From assembly GCA_051047955.1 (NCBI GenBank), contig JBPGPT010000018.1:62001-126000 (forward strand): a stretch of 64,000 nucleotides of DNA, read 5' to 3'. The stretch comes from Cystobasidiomycetes sp. EMM_F5 (taxonomy: Eukaryota). Every line of letters begins with the position of its first letter. The stretch's first letter is position 1. The translations under genes were made by a program, and so were the position numbers. Below the pieces are notes generated by a model. The model had not been told where the DNA came from, did no database searches, and saw only the letters and a program-made list of their open reading frames with translations. Positions 1 through 12,282 of this stretch are shown here, piece by piece.

Positions 1-3000
1 TCCAGCTGCCGGAGTTACGCATTGGCTGATTTGGAGGTCCTCCCTGCCACGGAGGTGATCCAGCAGGATTGCCGTTCCACTGTCCGGTACCTAGTCCAGG
101 AGGCGGTGGACCGCCATAAGGTGCACCTCCATACGGTGACATAGGCTGCTGAGGCCAGCCTCCGGGACCCTGCCAGCCAGGGTTCGCATTTGGGTACATT
201 GGGCCTTGCGGAGCGTTGAAAGGCATCATGGGCTGACCAGGTGGACCATTTTGACCATTAGGTGCACCATTTGGCGAAAAGTAACCCATTTGAGGAGACA
301 TGGACGGTCCAGGTGCCGTATTTAGCGCCTGCATTAAGCTTGGATTCGCCAACAAGCTCTGCAAAGCGGCTGGGTCCAGTGCACCCAGCGCGGGCTGGTT
401 GACTTGAGCATGAACCTGACTACCATTGGCGCCCGCATTCGTGTCGAGACCAGGGATTCCCGGCATATTTGGGGCTCCGACACCCAAAGGCCCTGGCTGA
501 TTGCCACCCTGCGGCGGTATAGCATTTTGTACATGTACAGGTGTTGCTTGCGGATTGGCGATCTGAGGGGTGTGGGCAGGTCCTCTGCTTTCTGGCACAC
601 TTTGTACCGCAGCCGGTGGCGCTACAAGCGGTCCAAGCGCACCTTTGTTGATGACAAGAACGGTCATCAGTAGGTCTTGGGTACGATTTTCACCGATGAG
701 ATGGTCATCCATCAACTCGACATAGTCGGGTAGGGCGTCCGTGCTCTTAAGCGGAACGATATAGTGGTCCTTGACGACTCGCTTGAGTTCGCCACTAGGA
801 GGGCAGACGCCATATCTCCGCTTTTCCGAAAACACTTTGACTAGATGTGCATGTCTCGCGAGAGCCTTCTCATGTGTAGGAATTCCAACCTGTTTGGCTG
901 TAGCTTCATCGGGTGCTCCGGCAGGTAGCAGGGCGATGATGATGATGTCGCGGGAGGAAGAAAATTTGTTTTGAACCAAGTATTCACTAGCAACACCGGT
1001 CTCAATACGATTATTGAGGTCGATCTGACCACGCGGAAGGAGACGCTGCCAGGTTTGCGGCAAGGCGCCCAGCGGTGTTCCAGCGATCTGGACGGCTTTG
1101 GCAGGATACCCTCCTTCCTCTGGTGAAATGACTGCACCGGTCCAGACAGTGGGCAAAGTGGACAAATCGACTTGTTGACTACCAGGCGCACCATCAGTTG
1201 TACTCTGCTCTGATTTGCCCTGCACAGCCCCCTTGTTATCACCGTTGAGCAGAGCATCGAAATCGTCGTCCGCTCGACCGGATGTCTCGAAAGGATCGTA
1301 ATCGACCGGTTCTGCATTACCAGCTGATGGCTCTCCTCCACCTTCGCCGCTCCCGATAGCGACTTCGACATCGACTTCCATCGCATCCTTGTCCTCCGTG
1401 GTTGTGGTCGCTGCGGCCGGTGCGTTAGGTACGGAAGGAGATTTGTATGAACCCCATATCTTGTCGAAATCAATCGCACTCTTTGACATGCTCTCCGACC
1501 GACGATGCTGCAAAGCGGGAGGAGCTGTAGTCGGCTCAGTCACCTGCGTCGCTGCGGCCACGTCCGTCTGCGCGTCGTTGTCCACTTCTGGAGGATCTTT
1601 AAACGATGCATCTAACGCGATATTTTGAGAGAGACGCTTCGAATCTGGAGCAACATGGCTAGGAGTCAAGGGCGACATGCCAGTAGGCGATCCAAAACGC
1701 GCAGAGTTCTCAAAGACAGGCGTGTTGCTCATTGATGCTGACAGTGGCTGCTCACGATCCTCAAAGGAGAATGAGGCGGCATCCCGTTCCAGCGCTGGCC
1801 GACTCATATCGCCTTGAGTAACCACACTGACATCGTCGTTCGTCATGCCCTGATCAAATTGGTCGAGAACTTCCTCGCCTTTATGCGTTATGCGTGTCTT
1901 TGGAGCTTGCTGTACCTGCTTGACAGACTGCTCGAGGGCTTGCTCGCGCATCGCCTGCTGCTCAGCGCGTACTTCGGGCGTAAGCAGATCTTCCTGATTC
2001 ATCGCGACGACGGCCGCTGCATCGAGAGCATCGGAAGCTATCCGCGAACGGAAGTAGTCGTTAGATTTGACGTTGAAGTAGAGTGTACGATATTTTGCCG
2101 TGTATTTGCCACCGGGGCCACGCAGAGTCGACTTGGAAGGCTCGAGGATAGTAGAGAAATTGTCGAAGAGGTCTGCCTCGATGGCTTCCGCGCGGGCACG
2201 AGACTGGTCGACCGGTACGGCTGAACCCTCTGCAGCAAATAACTCTGCAAGTACCTTTTCCAGCTGCTCGATGCAGTACTTGCGGGTTTTGTGCTCGGTG
2301 CCGACTGCCATGTCACCCTTTACAGGACTACCACCGGCTCTATGAGAAGCGCCTGGACGTGTAGACTGTTGCAGAAGCAGGTTAGCTGTGAAACGTTTGG
2401 AAGTGTGAGATTTTTGCTCACTTCGCTCAGACTGCCACGCGATTGCTTGCGATACTTGTTCTCTTCTTCGTCGTCATCATCTTCTACGACTCGCCTTTTC
2501 CGCTTACTAATGGAGGAAGACGGCCTGCGCTGATGCCCCTTCCTGCTGTTGGGATCGTCATCGTACTCGCCATCTGAGGAACTACCGTGAGCACGTCGAC
2601 CTCCCATGTAGTCGTTGTCATCATACTCTCCCCCCGATTCAGACGGTGTACCAATACGTTCTGGGATAGCAGGTACTCCGGTCGATGAGGTGGGTTTTGA
2701 GAGGGATGAAAGCGGTGGAAGAGGCGGAAGAGATGAAAGTGCCGGTAAGGCGGCGCTACCCAAATTTACGTCTGTCGACAGCGAGGGATAAACCTGTGCT
2801 GATTGATTAGGATCTGCCACCAGTTGCCGCTGCACGCCAGAGAACCCTGCAAAAGGAAGCCCAAGTTAGCATTGAATGGGATGGAGACGATGACGCTGAT
2901 GTTGAGAGATGTGCAGCAAGCATCATAGAGGGGTTGGACGTGTGTGGAGGCTGATGCATGCAGAGCTGGCAATCGCCTAAATGGCAATGTCGCTTGCAGA

Positions 3001-3727
3001 AAAAGAGCCAGGGGACTGCAGAACGGCTTGCATAAACAAATGTCGCTTATGACAACGACACTGTCTGGCAAACGCTCTGGCTTGATCTCGGCGCTCTACG
3101 TGCCCCGCTGCGACATATGGATTGTCGAAGGAGATGTATTCCCGAAACTTACATTGCGACTGTCCGGAGCCAGCTTGTTCGCACAGACTGCAGTAGTAAA
3201 CTGCGAGGTCTGACGCGATATCGGGCAGGAGGCCGATGCAGCCAAAGTGGAACCTGGACAGTGTCGAGTTAGAAAATTCCAAAAGAAAAGCATGGATTCC
3301 ACCAGACTCACCAATTGTCGCAGCCCTCGCACTGCACCATAGACCTGCCATCATCCGTTCCGAGGCAGATGCAGAAAACGTCGTCGTCTCCGCCGCCAGC
3401 AAAGTCCAAGTCATCGACGCCCGTGCTGCTCTCGGCGGCCAGGCTGACTGCCGCTGGCGCTGTCGTTGTCGGTGTCCCCCCATCGTTCGCCTTGACCTTA
3501 CTGCCTGCCTTGCCTGCTTTACCGCTGCTGCTGCCTCCCGCTGCGACGCTTTTGCGCTTCTTTGCTTTCGGCTTTGCTTTTCCAGCTGGAGGCAATGGCT
3601 TTCCGCCTTCGAGCAATGGCGGACCAGGCTTTCTTACTCGCATCTCGCGCACACCGCCAGCTGGTATTGCTGCTGCTGCCCCATCGTCTGCCACAGCAGC
3701 GACGCTGGCATCCACGGCACCTTCCAT
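1..3727 (-). CDS. PHD finger / TFIIS-central-domain transcription factor (Bye1/DIDO-like), spliced, 3' end runs off the window
   Basis: PHD motif VFCICLGTDDGRSMVQCEGCDNW|FHFGCIGL..YYCSLCE split by an intron; downstream RKYCIEQLEKVLAELF helical region; Pro/Gly-rich low-complexity sequence continuing to position 1. SPOC domain inferred from family architecture, not verified. Confidence 0.75.
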
Positions 3728-4031
3728 GGTCAGAAATGTATGCTAGCCTGCAGCTTTATCTCATGTGTAATGGGGGCTCGCTCTGCACACGCTCTGACCG
3801 TAAAAGATATGTCACTGCTTTGACCAGTGTGTTTGAGATGGAAAGCGATTGGTTGCGATAGGTTCCCGCAAATTGTCGATCACACCAAATGCGATGCTGG
3901 ACTTCGATGCATTCGTTGAGTTACACACCGCTGTTTACTATCTACTCTATCTACCGCACTCGTATTCATCACTTTCTTATTCTTCAGCGTTGAGACGCCA
4001 TAAATCACTTAACAGCCGCGATGTATATACA

Positions 4032-5512
4032 TCACGCGGTAACCCTTTCTGCCCTTACTATGTATCCCTTGTCCGCAACGAGGGCTCTGTCTCTTATCAG
4101 CACAGTGTACTGCGTACAAATAATACGGATTAGCAAATTGTCAATACCCAAGATCATATACGAAACTTACCTTCAATACCCACCGAGCGGAGAGCCGTTG
4201 TAATGTACTGCGGGCCAAGCCTTCCGCATCTTGTGCACCATTCCCATTAATCACCACCTCGCTGTTCTTCGCGCTTGTTGAGATGAGTGCTGGCGGTAAG
4301 CGTGCTCCATGTCTAGCCAGCAAGCGTGTAAAAGTAGCCGGCGGCAAAAAGTCTGTCATGACGTTCGATCAGCCCATCGCGGGAATCATCTTTTGAGTGT
4401 GTCACCCGGCGCACCGCTACAATCCGAGTGGACCAGCAGATCTACATTCTCTTGTTGAGCATAGTCGATCAGGTCGGACGGCACATCGCAATTCTTGCGC
4501 GTATTGATCTGACCAACTTTCGGCCGTCTCAACTCGGTCGTAGTAACGCCAGTCGTCGCTTCCGATCCAGCTCGTTGAATGAGCCACTTTAAGCGATCCA
4601 GCGAGAATTCGGAGACTCCCAAGCTTTTGAGGCGGTTGTTGGCGGAGAGTGTATGCCATACTTTGATGATGGATTCCTCCAGCGCACGTTCGTCACTCAT
4701 ACGAATCGCATCGTCTTGTCGGCTGTTGCTATCGTCGCAGCATTGGCCATCGGATTTAGCACTTTCGTCAAAGACCAGTCCCGGAAACGATACAATGAAA
4801 GTGTCTACGTCCTGCAGACCAGTCGCTATCCGCAACTGGTCCAGGCTGTCTTGTATCCATGTCGTGTCAAAGTCTTGTTGTTGCTGACTAGACGCTGCCC
4901 CGACCTCGGCACTGGAGACCGTTGCCGGCAGATAGAAGAATTTTGCCGTGACATCTAGAGCTTCACGGAGTACCGAGAAGCGAACAGCTGGTTCCTGAGT
5001 TATTGCTTCGCGAGCTGGAATGGTAACGAGTGGTACTCCAGCCTTTGTCTGAAGGACGCTGTAAGACGGATCGGCTTCACATTCTTCCGCCGCGGGATCC
5101 AGTCTCGTCAAGCTTGGTACGCCGTCCCAGACGTTCTTTGATGTAGAAGCAACGGCATTGCCTTGGGTAGCATCGTCACTGCAGCCAGGAGATGCCGATG
5201 AAGGAGGGAGCGGTTTTGACGGATGTTTCGGACAAGCGAGCGATACTTCCAGCAAAGACTCGAGAGATCGGACGAGCTCGCTGTTGCTCTTGGCTGATGT
5301 GAGGTTATCAGACACGATACCCGTCCGTAGTATCGAATCAACGTAGAGGTATAGGATCTTTCCGTCAGACGGCACCGATTTTAGTCACGGCGAAGATGGA
5401 AAACGATATTGCAGCCATCAGCGGCTTTGCACACATCGGTACACGCAGCTTCGCTTACCAAGTCTTCCGCGCTGCGTGAACGTGAGCCAGAGCTTGCTTC
5501 TGATGCTGCCAT
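4032..5512 (-). CDS. Glutamate-cysteine ligase modifier subunit (aldo-keto-reductase fold), spliced
   Basis: LKSLGVSEFS...QIN..NCDVPSDLIDYAQQENVDLLVHSDC and C-terminal RWVLK|YTVLIRDRALVADKGY typical of GCLM; first exon MAASEASSGSRSRSAEDL followed by GTAAGC donor. Confidence 0.85.
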
Positions 5513-5760
5513 GTTTTCCCGGACGGACGTATTCCGATGATGACCGCCTTTGAGTGTGACAGCTGAGCAGATCAGGTTCGCATGAACAGGTTGGCGGGCA
5601 ACTATTGAGACCTGCTACGTCCGCTTGAGCATGCGAGTTGGGCAGGCTTCAATTTGGACAAAACAGCCCGCTAATCAGGAAGATCGCAATATATACAAAG
5701 TCGACCGCGGAGTTTTACAACGACAATCCAAGACTGAACATTGCCCTACGATTGCTTGAC

Positions 5761-6774
5761 TCATCGAGGCCACCCGAAGGCTTCCAGAGGCATTTGCCAT
5801 TGCGAGCTTCCATATTCCGGGTCTGGATTCATCGAGCGCCTGAAACAAAGACAGTGGTCAATGTGGGGCAGCACTAGTGTGATAGAGGGCTGACTCTGCC
5901 TTGATCCAATCACGCCACGCGCTCGCAAAGGCCTTGTCAGCAGCGCGATCTGATTCTGCAATGATGGGCGCAGAAACAGGCGGAGCCTGCTTGGTGTCGT
6001 CTGTACTGTGCTGGGACCGATACCATTCTTCCAGCGCAGCTCCAAAGTCGCTCCGCCAGAGTCTGATGCTACCAACACCTGACACGGATCGACATGTCCG
6101 GAGAACTTCACGAGCGAGCGTATAGTGCATCCCCGGATATTCCTTCATCACGTCGTCAAGCGAGACGTAGCTGAATCGATAGTCACTTCAGTATAAAACA
6201 TGATGTAGTAATGAGGCACTCACTTGGCTTGTTCGCACGTAGCGCAGGCTCGCCGGTACAGCTCTGGCAAGGGGAAGGTATCACGCGCTCCGCAGGACTG
6301 CATATGATGAATAAGCATGAGCTAGCAGACAGATGTATCGGTAGGACAGGTCAGACATACACTGCATGCATCTTCAAAGATGAGACGAGCGTATGCCGGC
6401 TCCGATAGTAACGGCGGGAGGTCTGGCAACGCAACGGCGACGTCCGTGCTGACTGACACGCCGAACGGTAGCATTTGCGTTCGTTTGCAGAGAATAGGTG
6501 GATAATCGAGTCGCGATTGCTTCCAAATGTCTTCAGTCTTGGAACACCACAGCAGTTGACGCAGTTGTTTACATGTCCGCGACAGATAGAGTAGAGACAG
6601 TGGGTCGCACGCGGAAAGGATCTGAGGGAGCAGGACCGTCATTATAGATTATCGTGATCTGCCAGATTTTGTCCTTACGACCAAGAGAAGCTCGCTCGGT
6701 ATATCTAGTATCTTAGCTTTCTTGAGCCGCCTGAGCGGGACTGTCCTCTGGTCCGACAGAGACATCGTGTACAT
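5761..6774 (-). CDS. F-box domain protein, spliced (3' end uncertain)
   Basis: Joining across the intron gives ILDIPSELLLV|ILSACDPLSLLYLSRTCKQLRQLL (F-box), then IWKQSR...LPDLPPLLSEPAYARLIFEDACSVC. Confidence 0.75.
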
Positions 6775-7073
6775 TGGTGAAGACAGCATCGTTTACAGAA
6801 GATGCCCTTGTTTGCGGATTTAGAAAAGAAACCGGCGAGGCCGTAATGCTATCACTCGTTCGATCGACGCAACGTGGTGCCCCGCTTTTGCAGCAAGTAA
6901 TGTGAATCATAATGCAGACAACAGACGGCATTAACGGATTGCTATCGATTGACAAAATCGTGATGAAACTCGTTTCTTTCTCGCTAAGACGTGAATGACC
7001 GGAGCCGCAGTTCTGTGAACACACGAATCGATTGCGGCAGGCAGTACACAAGTATATACCCACACAGCTACGT

Positions 7074-8121
7074 CTAGTCTGTAGAGTTGTCTGGGACCAG
7101 GTTGCCGTAGCTGTCTCGCTTGGCGCGGCTGAAGGAGAAGATGATCAGCGGCGACGACAGAATAGAGGACGGCGCGCAGACTCACAAGAAAGTGTAGCTC
7201 AGTACCACATCGTCGATATACCGCATCGAGGGATCATCCACAAAGTCCTTGTCGATAAAGAAGAGTATTGGCAGATCGACTTCCTCGCCAGCAAGCAGTC
7301 TCTGCTCCTCGAAGCAAAAGCACTCGACTTTGGCAAAATACGGCGCAACGTTGTTTGGCGTGACATTGTACGTGGCTATGCCAATGATATCCTTGTCGGA
7401 CTTGTTTGTCGCAGTGTAAAATGCCAGCGCGGATTCACCCGGGCGTACCCTGACCTCCCTTTGGAGCGGTGAAAACTTCCAGGGAAGGGCATCCGAACAG
7501 TCGGCATTGAAACTAACGCGTATTTTGCGCTCCTTGCGCGTGTCATCGCCCAGAAAGGGTATCAGTCTGGCTGCACTGAAACGCGAGCCCTCTATGCCAG
7601 CGGTTCCTGATGTCATCGGAGTCCCGCCTGCGCATCGATGATGAATTCAATGATTGCACTTTACCGGTCTGTTTGCATGTCATTCACTCACCGAACCCAG
7701 TAGCACTGCAGAACAGTCTGTATAGTGGCACGGAAGCATAGGTCACGCCGACACCGAGGACAAGGACTGCGGCAGTATAGAGAAGCAGAGATCTGTTCCT
7801 CTGAGCATAGTACGCCTTTCTCGAAGCGTGCATGTGCGATTGGGAGGATTTGTTGTCTGATGGCGTGGAAATTGTGCTTGCATATCGACGGAGGCTGTGA
7901 GAAGCGGCGGGCAAGCGGGACTCCCCATTCGAGAATGCCAAAGACCACCGTACAGCGTGACTGTCGCTCCTTCTTTCACTCATAATCGCCTTGCGCATGT
8001 TGGATATTCTGGCATTCTGCATGGAGCAATTGCAATAGCAACGCGGCTTGACGGCCATTTGGACTGGCCATCGGTGCATTAGTCTGCTGGTGGATGCGCT
8101 CATGGTACTCAGTGTAGTCAT
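7074..8121 (-). CDS. COX11: Cytochrome c oxidase copper chaperone Cox11 (3 exons)
   Basis: TM helix plus YASVPLYRLFCSATGFG; FNAD, WKFSPLQREVRVRPGESALAFY and copper motif KVECFCFEEQ; basic N-terminal presequence. Confidence 0.95.
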
Positions 8122-8328
8122 GGTTTTAACGATTGGAAGTGATCCAGTTGGTAGCAACCAGGGCCTTGGACCATTTCGAAACTGTGAAGTTGCCCAACTC
8201 CAACTACTGCTAACGTCAATACTACTTGCTACTATCTCGCTGCTTCTGTCTGCACTGGAACCGCTCTGTCTAACACATACAGACACTCTGGCGCAAGCAA
8301 AGAAACGCAGCCCGTTTCAGCGTTTCCC

Positions 8329-10021
8329 ATGGAAGCTCTCCAAGCCGAACACAAGCAGCATGAGACCAGACTCGACAGGCTCGAGAGTGAGGTGCAGCGC
8401 GCAACATCCCCGCCAGTAGCTGGGGAGTCGTCCCAGAGCACCGGAGCCAAGCCTTCGAGCAGTGCGTCTAGGGCCAGTCCGGCGTCATTGGCGGCACAGC
8501 TCTTTCACCGGAGTAAACCAAAGTCGAAATCATCCTCGTCGTCAAAGGCAAGCAAGAAGGCCAGCGGCAAGTTTAATACTCCTTCGCCGGCAGTCTCCCA
8601 CGCCGATTCCATAGCCCATTTGGATGAGCTGGAGCGGGAGATTCGCGAAATTGAAGATGAGGAAGCCGCACTCGTCTCTTCCGCTATCGGCATTAGCCAA
8701 GACGGTCAAGCGGTGTCTGAAGCTACCGACGGGCAGGATGATGTTCTGGATCACGCAGACCGCCTCATCTCCCAAATAGAACGAGCAAAGTCGGCAGAAC
8801 AGGAAGTACTGGCTAGAGAAAACAGTCTCTCCAGGACGACCTCTGCCGGTATTGCAAAAGGGAGTGCAGCCGCCAGTCCCGCCGAGCTCGCGCAACCTGT
8901 TCCTATCGCTGGATCCTCAGCAACGCGGACTCCGTCTGGCCTGTCCTCTCATAGTTCGCACCAACACAGCCATGGCAATTTGCACGATCTGGGTACAAAG
9001 ATCAAACATGCACTGTCCCCCGACAGTGTCCACGGAGACTCTTCATCCACTCGCGATGCCAGAGTAGCAGAATTTGCGCGTCAACACTCCTTTCCGGGCG
9101 GCAGCAGCAGCCATAACAGCAGTCATGTCGCTCCGCATCATTCTGCTTCATTACCTGTCGATACAGGCAATGCAGTCACGTCTGGTCCGAACCGGGGTAT
9201 GCCGGTGAAGAACCGACATCAGTTACGCAAGGAGAGAAAACTTGCTGAAGATAATGCTCTCCGAGCTCAAGCTCAAGCGGAAGTCGATGCTGACCGTTCC
9301 GCTGGCAAATTGGATCCTGCCGAAGTCGAAAGGGTCAGCATTGAGAGACAGTGCAAGGAAATGGGTCTCGTGATGGTCGAGATGGATCCTGATGGACACT
9401 GTGAGGTCGCTGTTCGACTTTACTGAATGTATGCTAACATCGCATGGTTGTCAGGCATGTTTTCGGCCGTTGCGGACCAACTTGTCGTGCACTCGCATAT
9501 TGCTAAGGCAGACTACCACACAACTCGCTCAGCCGCCGCATCCTACATGAGACAACATATGGACGATTTCTTGCCCTACATGCCAGCAGAGGATGAAGAA
9601 GGCCAAGGTGAAGGGCTACTCTCGCCCGAGGGGTATGCGGCGCATTGCAATCATATCGAGACGACAGCCGAATGGGGTTCGGAGACGGAATTACTAGCGC
9701 TGTCGAATTTCTACAAGGTTCCGATACATGTCGTACAAAGCAGCGGACCGGTAGTGAAGCACGGAGATAGCGAGCCGTACGCCAAGAATCAAGCTCCTCT
9801 CGCTGTCAGCTATCACAGAGCTATGTACGGTAGGTCCCGCTTACTTGTCCTAGAGTAACAGCGAATATTGGCTGAACAGGTGCTTCGTACCAGGCCTCGG
9901 CGAGCATTACAACAGTCTCAGGCCTGTCGGACACAAGAGCTTACACCATCACAGCGGAGGGCCGCCACCCATACCCCCGCACCGACATCCACCGCACGAT
10001 GTTGTCCCACTCCTGATGTAG
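8329..10021 (+). CDS. OTU-domain deubiquitinase (Otu2/OTUD6B-like), 3 exons
   Basis: DPDGHC|MFSAVADQL catalytic Cys box, TAEWGSETEL, YHRAMYG|LGEHYNSLRP His box after splicing. Confidence 0.9.
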
Positions 10022-10163
10022 TTGTCTGTGCCTACACGCAGTATTGCATTGATATAGTTCAGCCGTTGTGTTGCGAAGGTTTAGACGAAAGTGCAGCATT
10101 GCTGTCGGCTTGACAAGTTCCTGCTTAACAAGATTGTATGGCTGACGTGTACGCGAGCGGATG

Positions 10164-10916
10164 CTACCACGGATAGATTTCTCCTAGCTCCTCATCGTGC
10201 AGAAAGAGGCCATGCTCCTGATCCCTGTGACCACTGGCAATATTGAAGATGGCTTTGGCACTGTGGTCCGGACTCTTTGCGATTCCTGCTTTTTCTTTCG
10301 CTTCTCGTTCGCCCGACAAGTCCGTGATTACGTATCCAGGACACAAGGCAAACACCTTGATCTTATCCTTGAACTCGTACGCGTCGCAGGCGACCAGCAT
10401 GTTGAGAGCCGCCTTGCTCATTCGGTAGGCTGTATACTCCGCCTGGTATGCTATATCTTTCGGGTCACTCCGCTTGGTGATGGAACCAAGTGCGGACGAG
10501 ACGTAAATGATGCGAGGGGTGCTTGCGGATTTCAGTAATAAGGGTGCGAAAGCTTGTGTCACGAGTCCGGGAGAGATGGCATTTGTATCGATGCACTCCC
10601 TTGCAGAGGCGCGCGTAAAGTCAACCGGACAGATGCCAGCATTATTAATCAGGATATCCAGTCTGCCATGCTCTGATTCAACCTGCTTCGCCGCAGCCGC
10701 GATAGAATCGTCAGAAGTTATATCGAGTTGGATCAAGGACAGAGAGCTGGACGCGACTTCGGCTTGTATTGATTGAATGGCTTTCTTGCCTTTCTCGAGG
10801 GAACGACTGCCCATGATGCAGTGGAAGTTGGGCTGGCTTGCAAACAGCTTGCATGTTGCCAGTCCAATGCCGTTACTTCCTCCCGTCACGAGAACTCTCA
10901 ATGCTTTCGCTTCCAT
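10164..10916 (-). CDS. Short-chain dehydrogenase/reductase, intronless (copy A)
   Basis: TGGSNGIG, LINNAG, YRMSK catalytic motif. Confidence 0.95.
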   Translation of the reverse strand: MEAKALRVLVTGGSNGIGLATCKLFASQPNFHCIMGSRSLEKGKKAIQSIQAEVASSSLSLIQLDITSDDSIAAAAKQVESEHGRLDILINNAGICPVDFTRASARECIDTNAISPGLVTQAFAPLLLKSASTPRIIYVSSALGSITKRSDPKDIAYQAEYTAYRMSKAALNMLVACDAYEFKDKIKVFALCPGYVITDLSGEREAKEKAGIAKSPDHSAKAIFNIASGHRDQEHGLFLHDEELGEIYPW

Positions 10917-11243
10917 CCTGTCGTGAGCAAATGTCGGGCCCGGGGTAAGTTTGTACTGATCTGCCTTTTGCTGGTGGAGCTGGGATCACTCGGAAGCCAG
11001 ACGAGCTTAGGTTTGCGATATGGACCGCAAGCCAACTTGTACGATGCAGACGATTTAGGAGGCAAGGATCTCTACAGCCTTTCGCGTAGCTGGAAAAGTC
11101 GATCATATTCGAGGATGGAGCCCCACATCAATGATCTGGCCACTCTCGGGTTGCCTCTGCAGTTGACCCCAACCATGTCACATGCTGCCTTTCTCTGCCT
11201 CGCTTGCCTAATAACATATCGACTGGCACAAATTCTGAACATA

Positions 11244-11987
11244 CTACCATGGATACACCTCGCCAAATTCCTCATCGTGTATAAACAAGCCATTCTCTGC
11301 ATCTCTTTTCCCTTCGGCAACCAAAAGCATGGCTCTTGCGCTAGTATCGGGGCTCGCCATGCCCGCCTTCTCCTCTTCTTCCCGCCGTCCAGAAAGATTT
11401 GAGCTTACTCTGCCTGGGCAGAATGCAAAGACTTTGATCTTGCCTTTGTATTCGAATGCATCGCACGCAGCGAGCATGTTTAATGCAGCTTTGCTTGTCC
11501 GATATGTCTTGGCAGCTAGTGTATACGCAGAGCTCGAGGGGTCGCTACGCTGTGTAATGGATCCCAAACCAGACGAGACGTAGATAATCCGTGGGATGTC
11601 ATTCGACTTTTCCAGTAAGGGAGCAAGAGCCTGTGTGACTAAAGCTGGAGAGATGGCGTTTGTGTTGATACAGTCCCTCAATGCGTTACGTGAAAACTCC
11701 ATTGCGGCATACCCAGCATTGTTGATGAGAACATCTAGATGACCGTACTGTTCTGCTACTTGCTTGGAAGCGGCTGTGATGGAATCATCAGAGGTAATGT
11801 CTAGCTGAACGAAAGAGATTGCTGCAGCTGGGTTTGCCGACTTGATGGTCGCAACAGCTTCCTTTCCTTTCGCGGCGTCTCGGCTTGTCAATATGCAGTG
11901 ATAATTTGGCTGGCTTGCAAACAGTTTGCAGGCAGAGAATCCTATGCCGCTATTTCCTCCGGTGATCAACACGTTGCGAATGGCCAT
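11244..11987 (-). CDS. Short-chain dehydrogenase/reductase, intronless (copy B, tandem paralogue)
   Basis: TGGNSGIG, LINNAG, YRTSK; colinear with copy A through to the C-terminal YPW. Confidence 0.95.
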   Translation of the reverse strand: MAIRNVLITGGNSGIGFSACKLFASQPNYHCILTSRDAAKGKEAVATIKSANPAAAISFVQLDITSDDSITAASKQVAEQYGHLDVLINNAGYAAMEFSRNALRDCINTNAISPALVTQALAPLLEKSNDIPRIIYVSSGLGSITQRSDPSSSAYTLAAKTYRTSKAALNMLAACDAFEYKGKIKVFAFCPGRVSSNLSGRREEEEKAGMASPDTSARAMLLVAEGKRDAENGLFIHDEEFGEVYPW

Positions 11988-12123
11988 TCCTTCGCGAGGC
12001 TTCGTAATTGGCTTAATATTGACAAATGATGCAGGAAGGTGGAGGATGTACTGGGAAAGAGACCAGACTCAGCAGTGGGCAGGCGACCCACTCTCGAAGA
12101 TTCAGTTCAAGATTGGCCAGATG

Positions 12124-12205
12124 ATCGGCATCCAAATTCTCGGACATAGCTAATGACCGTTCATATCATCGGCGTCCAAAACTTCTCGGACATAGCTAAT
12201 GACCG
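12124..12205. repeat. Near-perfect ~36-bp direct repeat (2 copies) upstream of SDR copy B
   Basis: atcggcatccaaattctcggacatagctaatgaccg and atcggcgtccaaaacttctcggacatagctaatgaccg separated by ~8 bp. Confidence 0.85.
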
Positions 12206-12282
12206 ATTAGTAAAGATTAACGGCAATCGGTAGTAGTATGTTCATACTGAAGACACATGTGCTGGTAGATTTTTTCCAATAA

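Noticed and set aside
12124..12205. Direct repeat considered as a CRISPR or LTR remnant
   Set aside because: Two copies, ~8-bp spacer, eukaryotic context, no cas or TE coding sequence.
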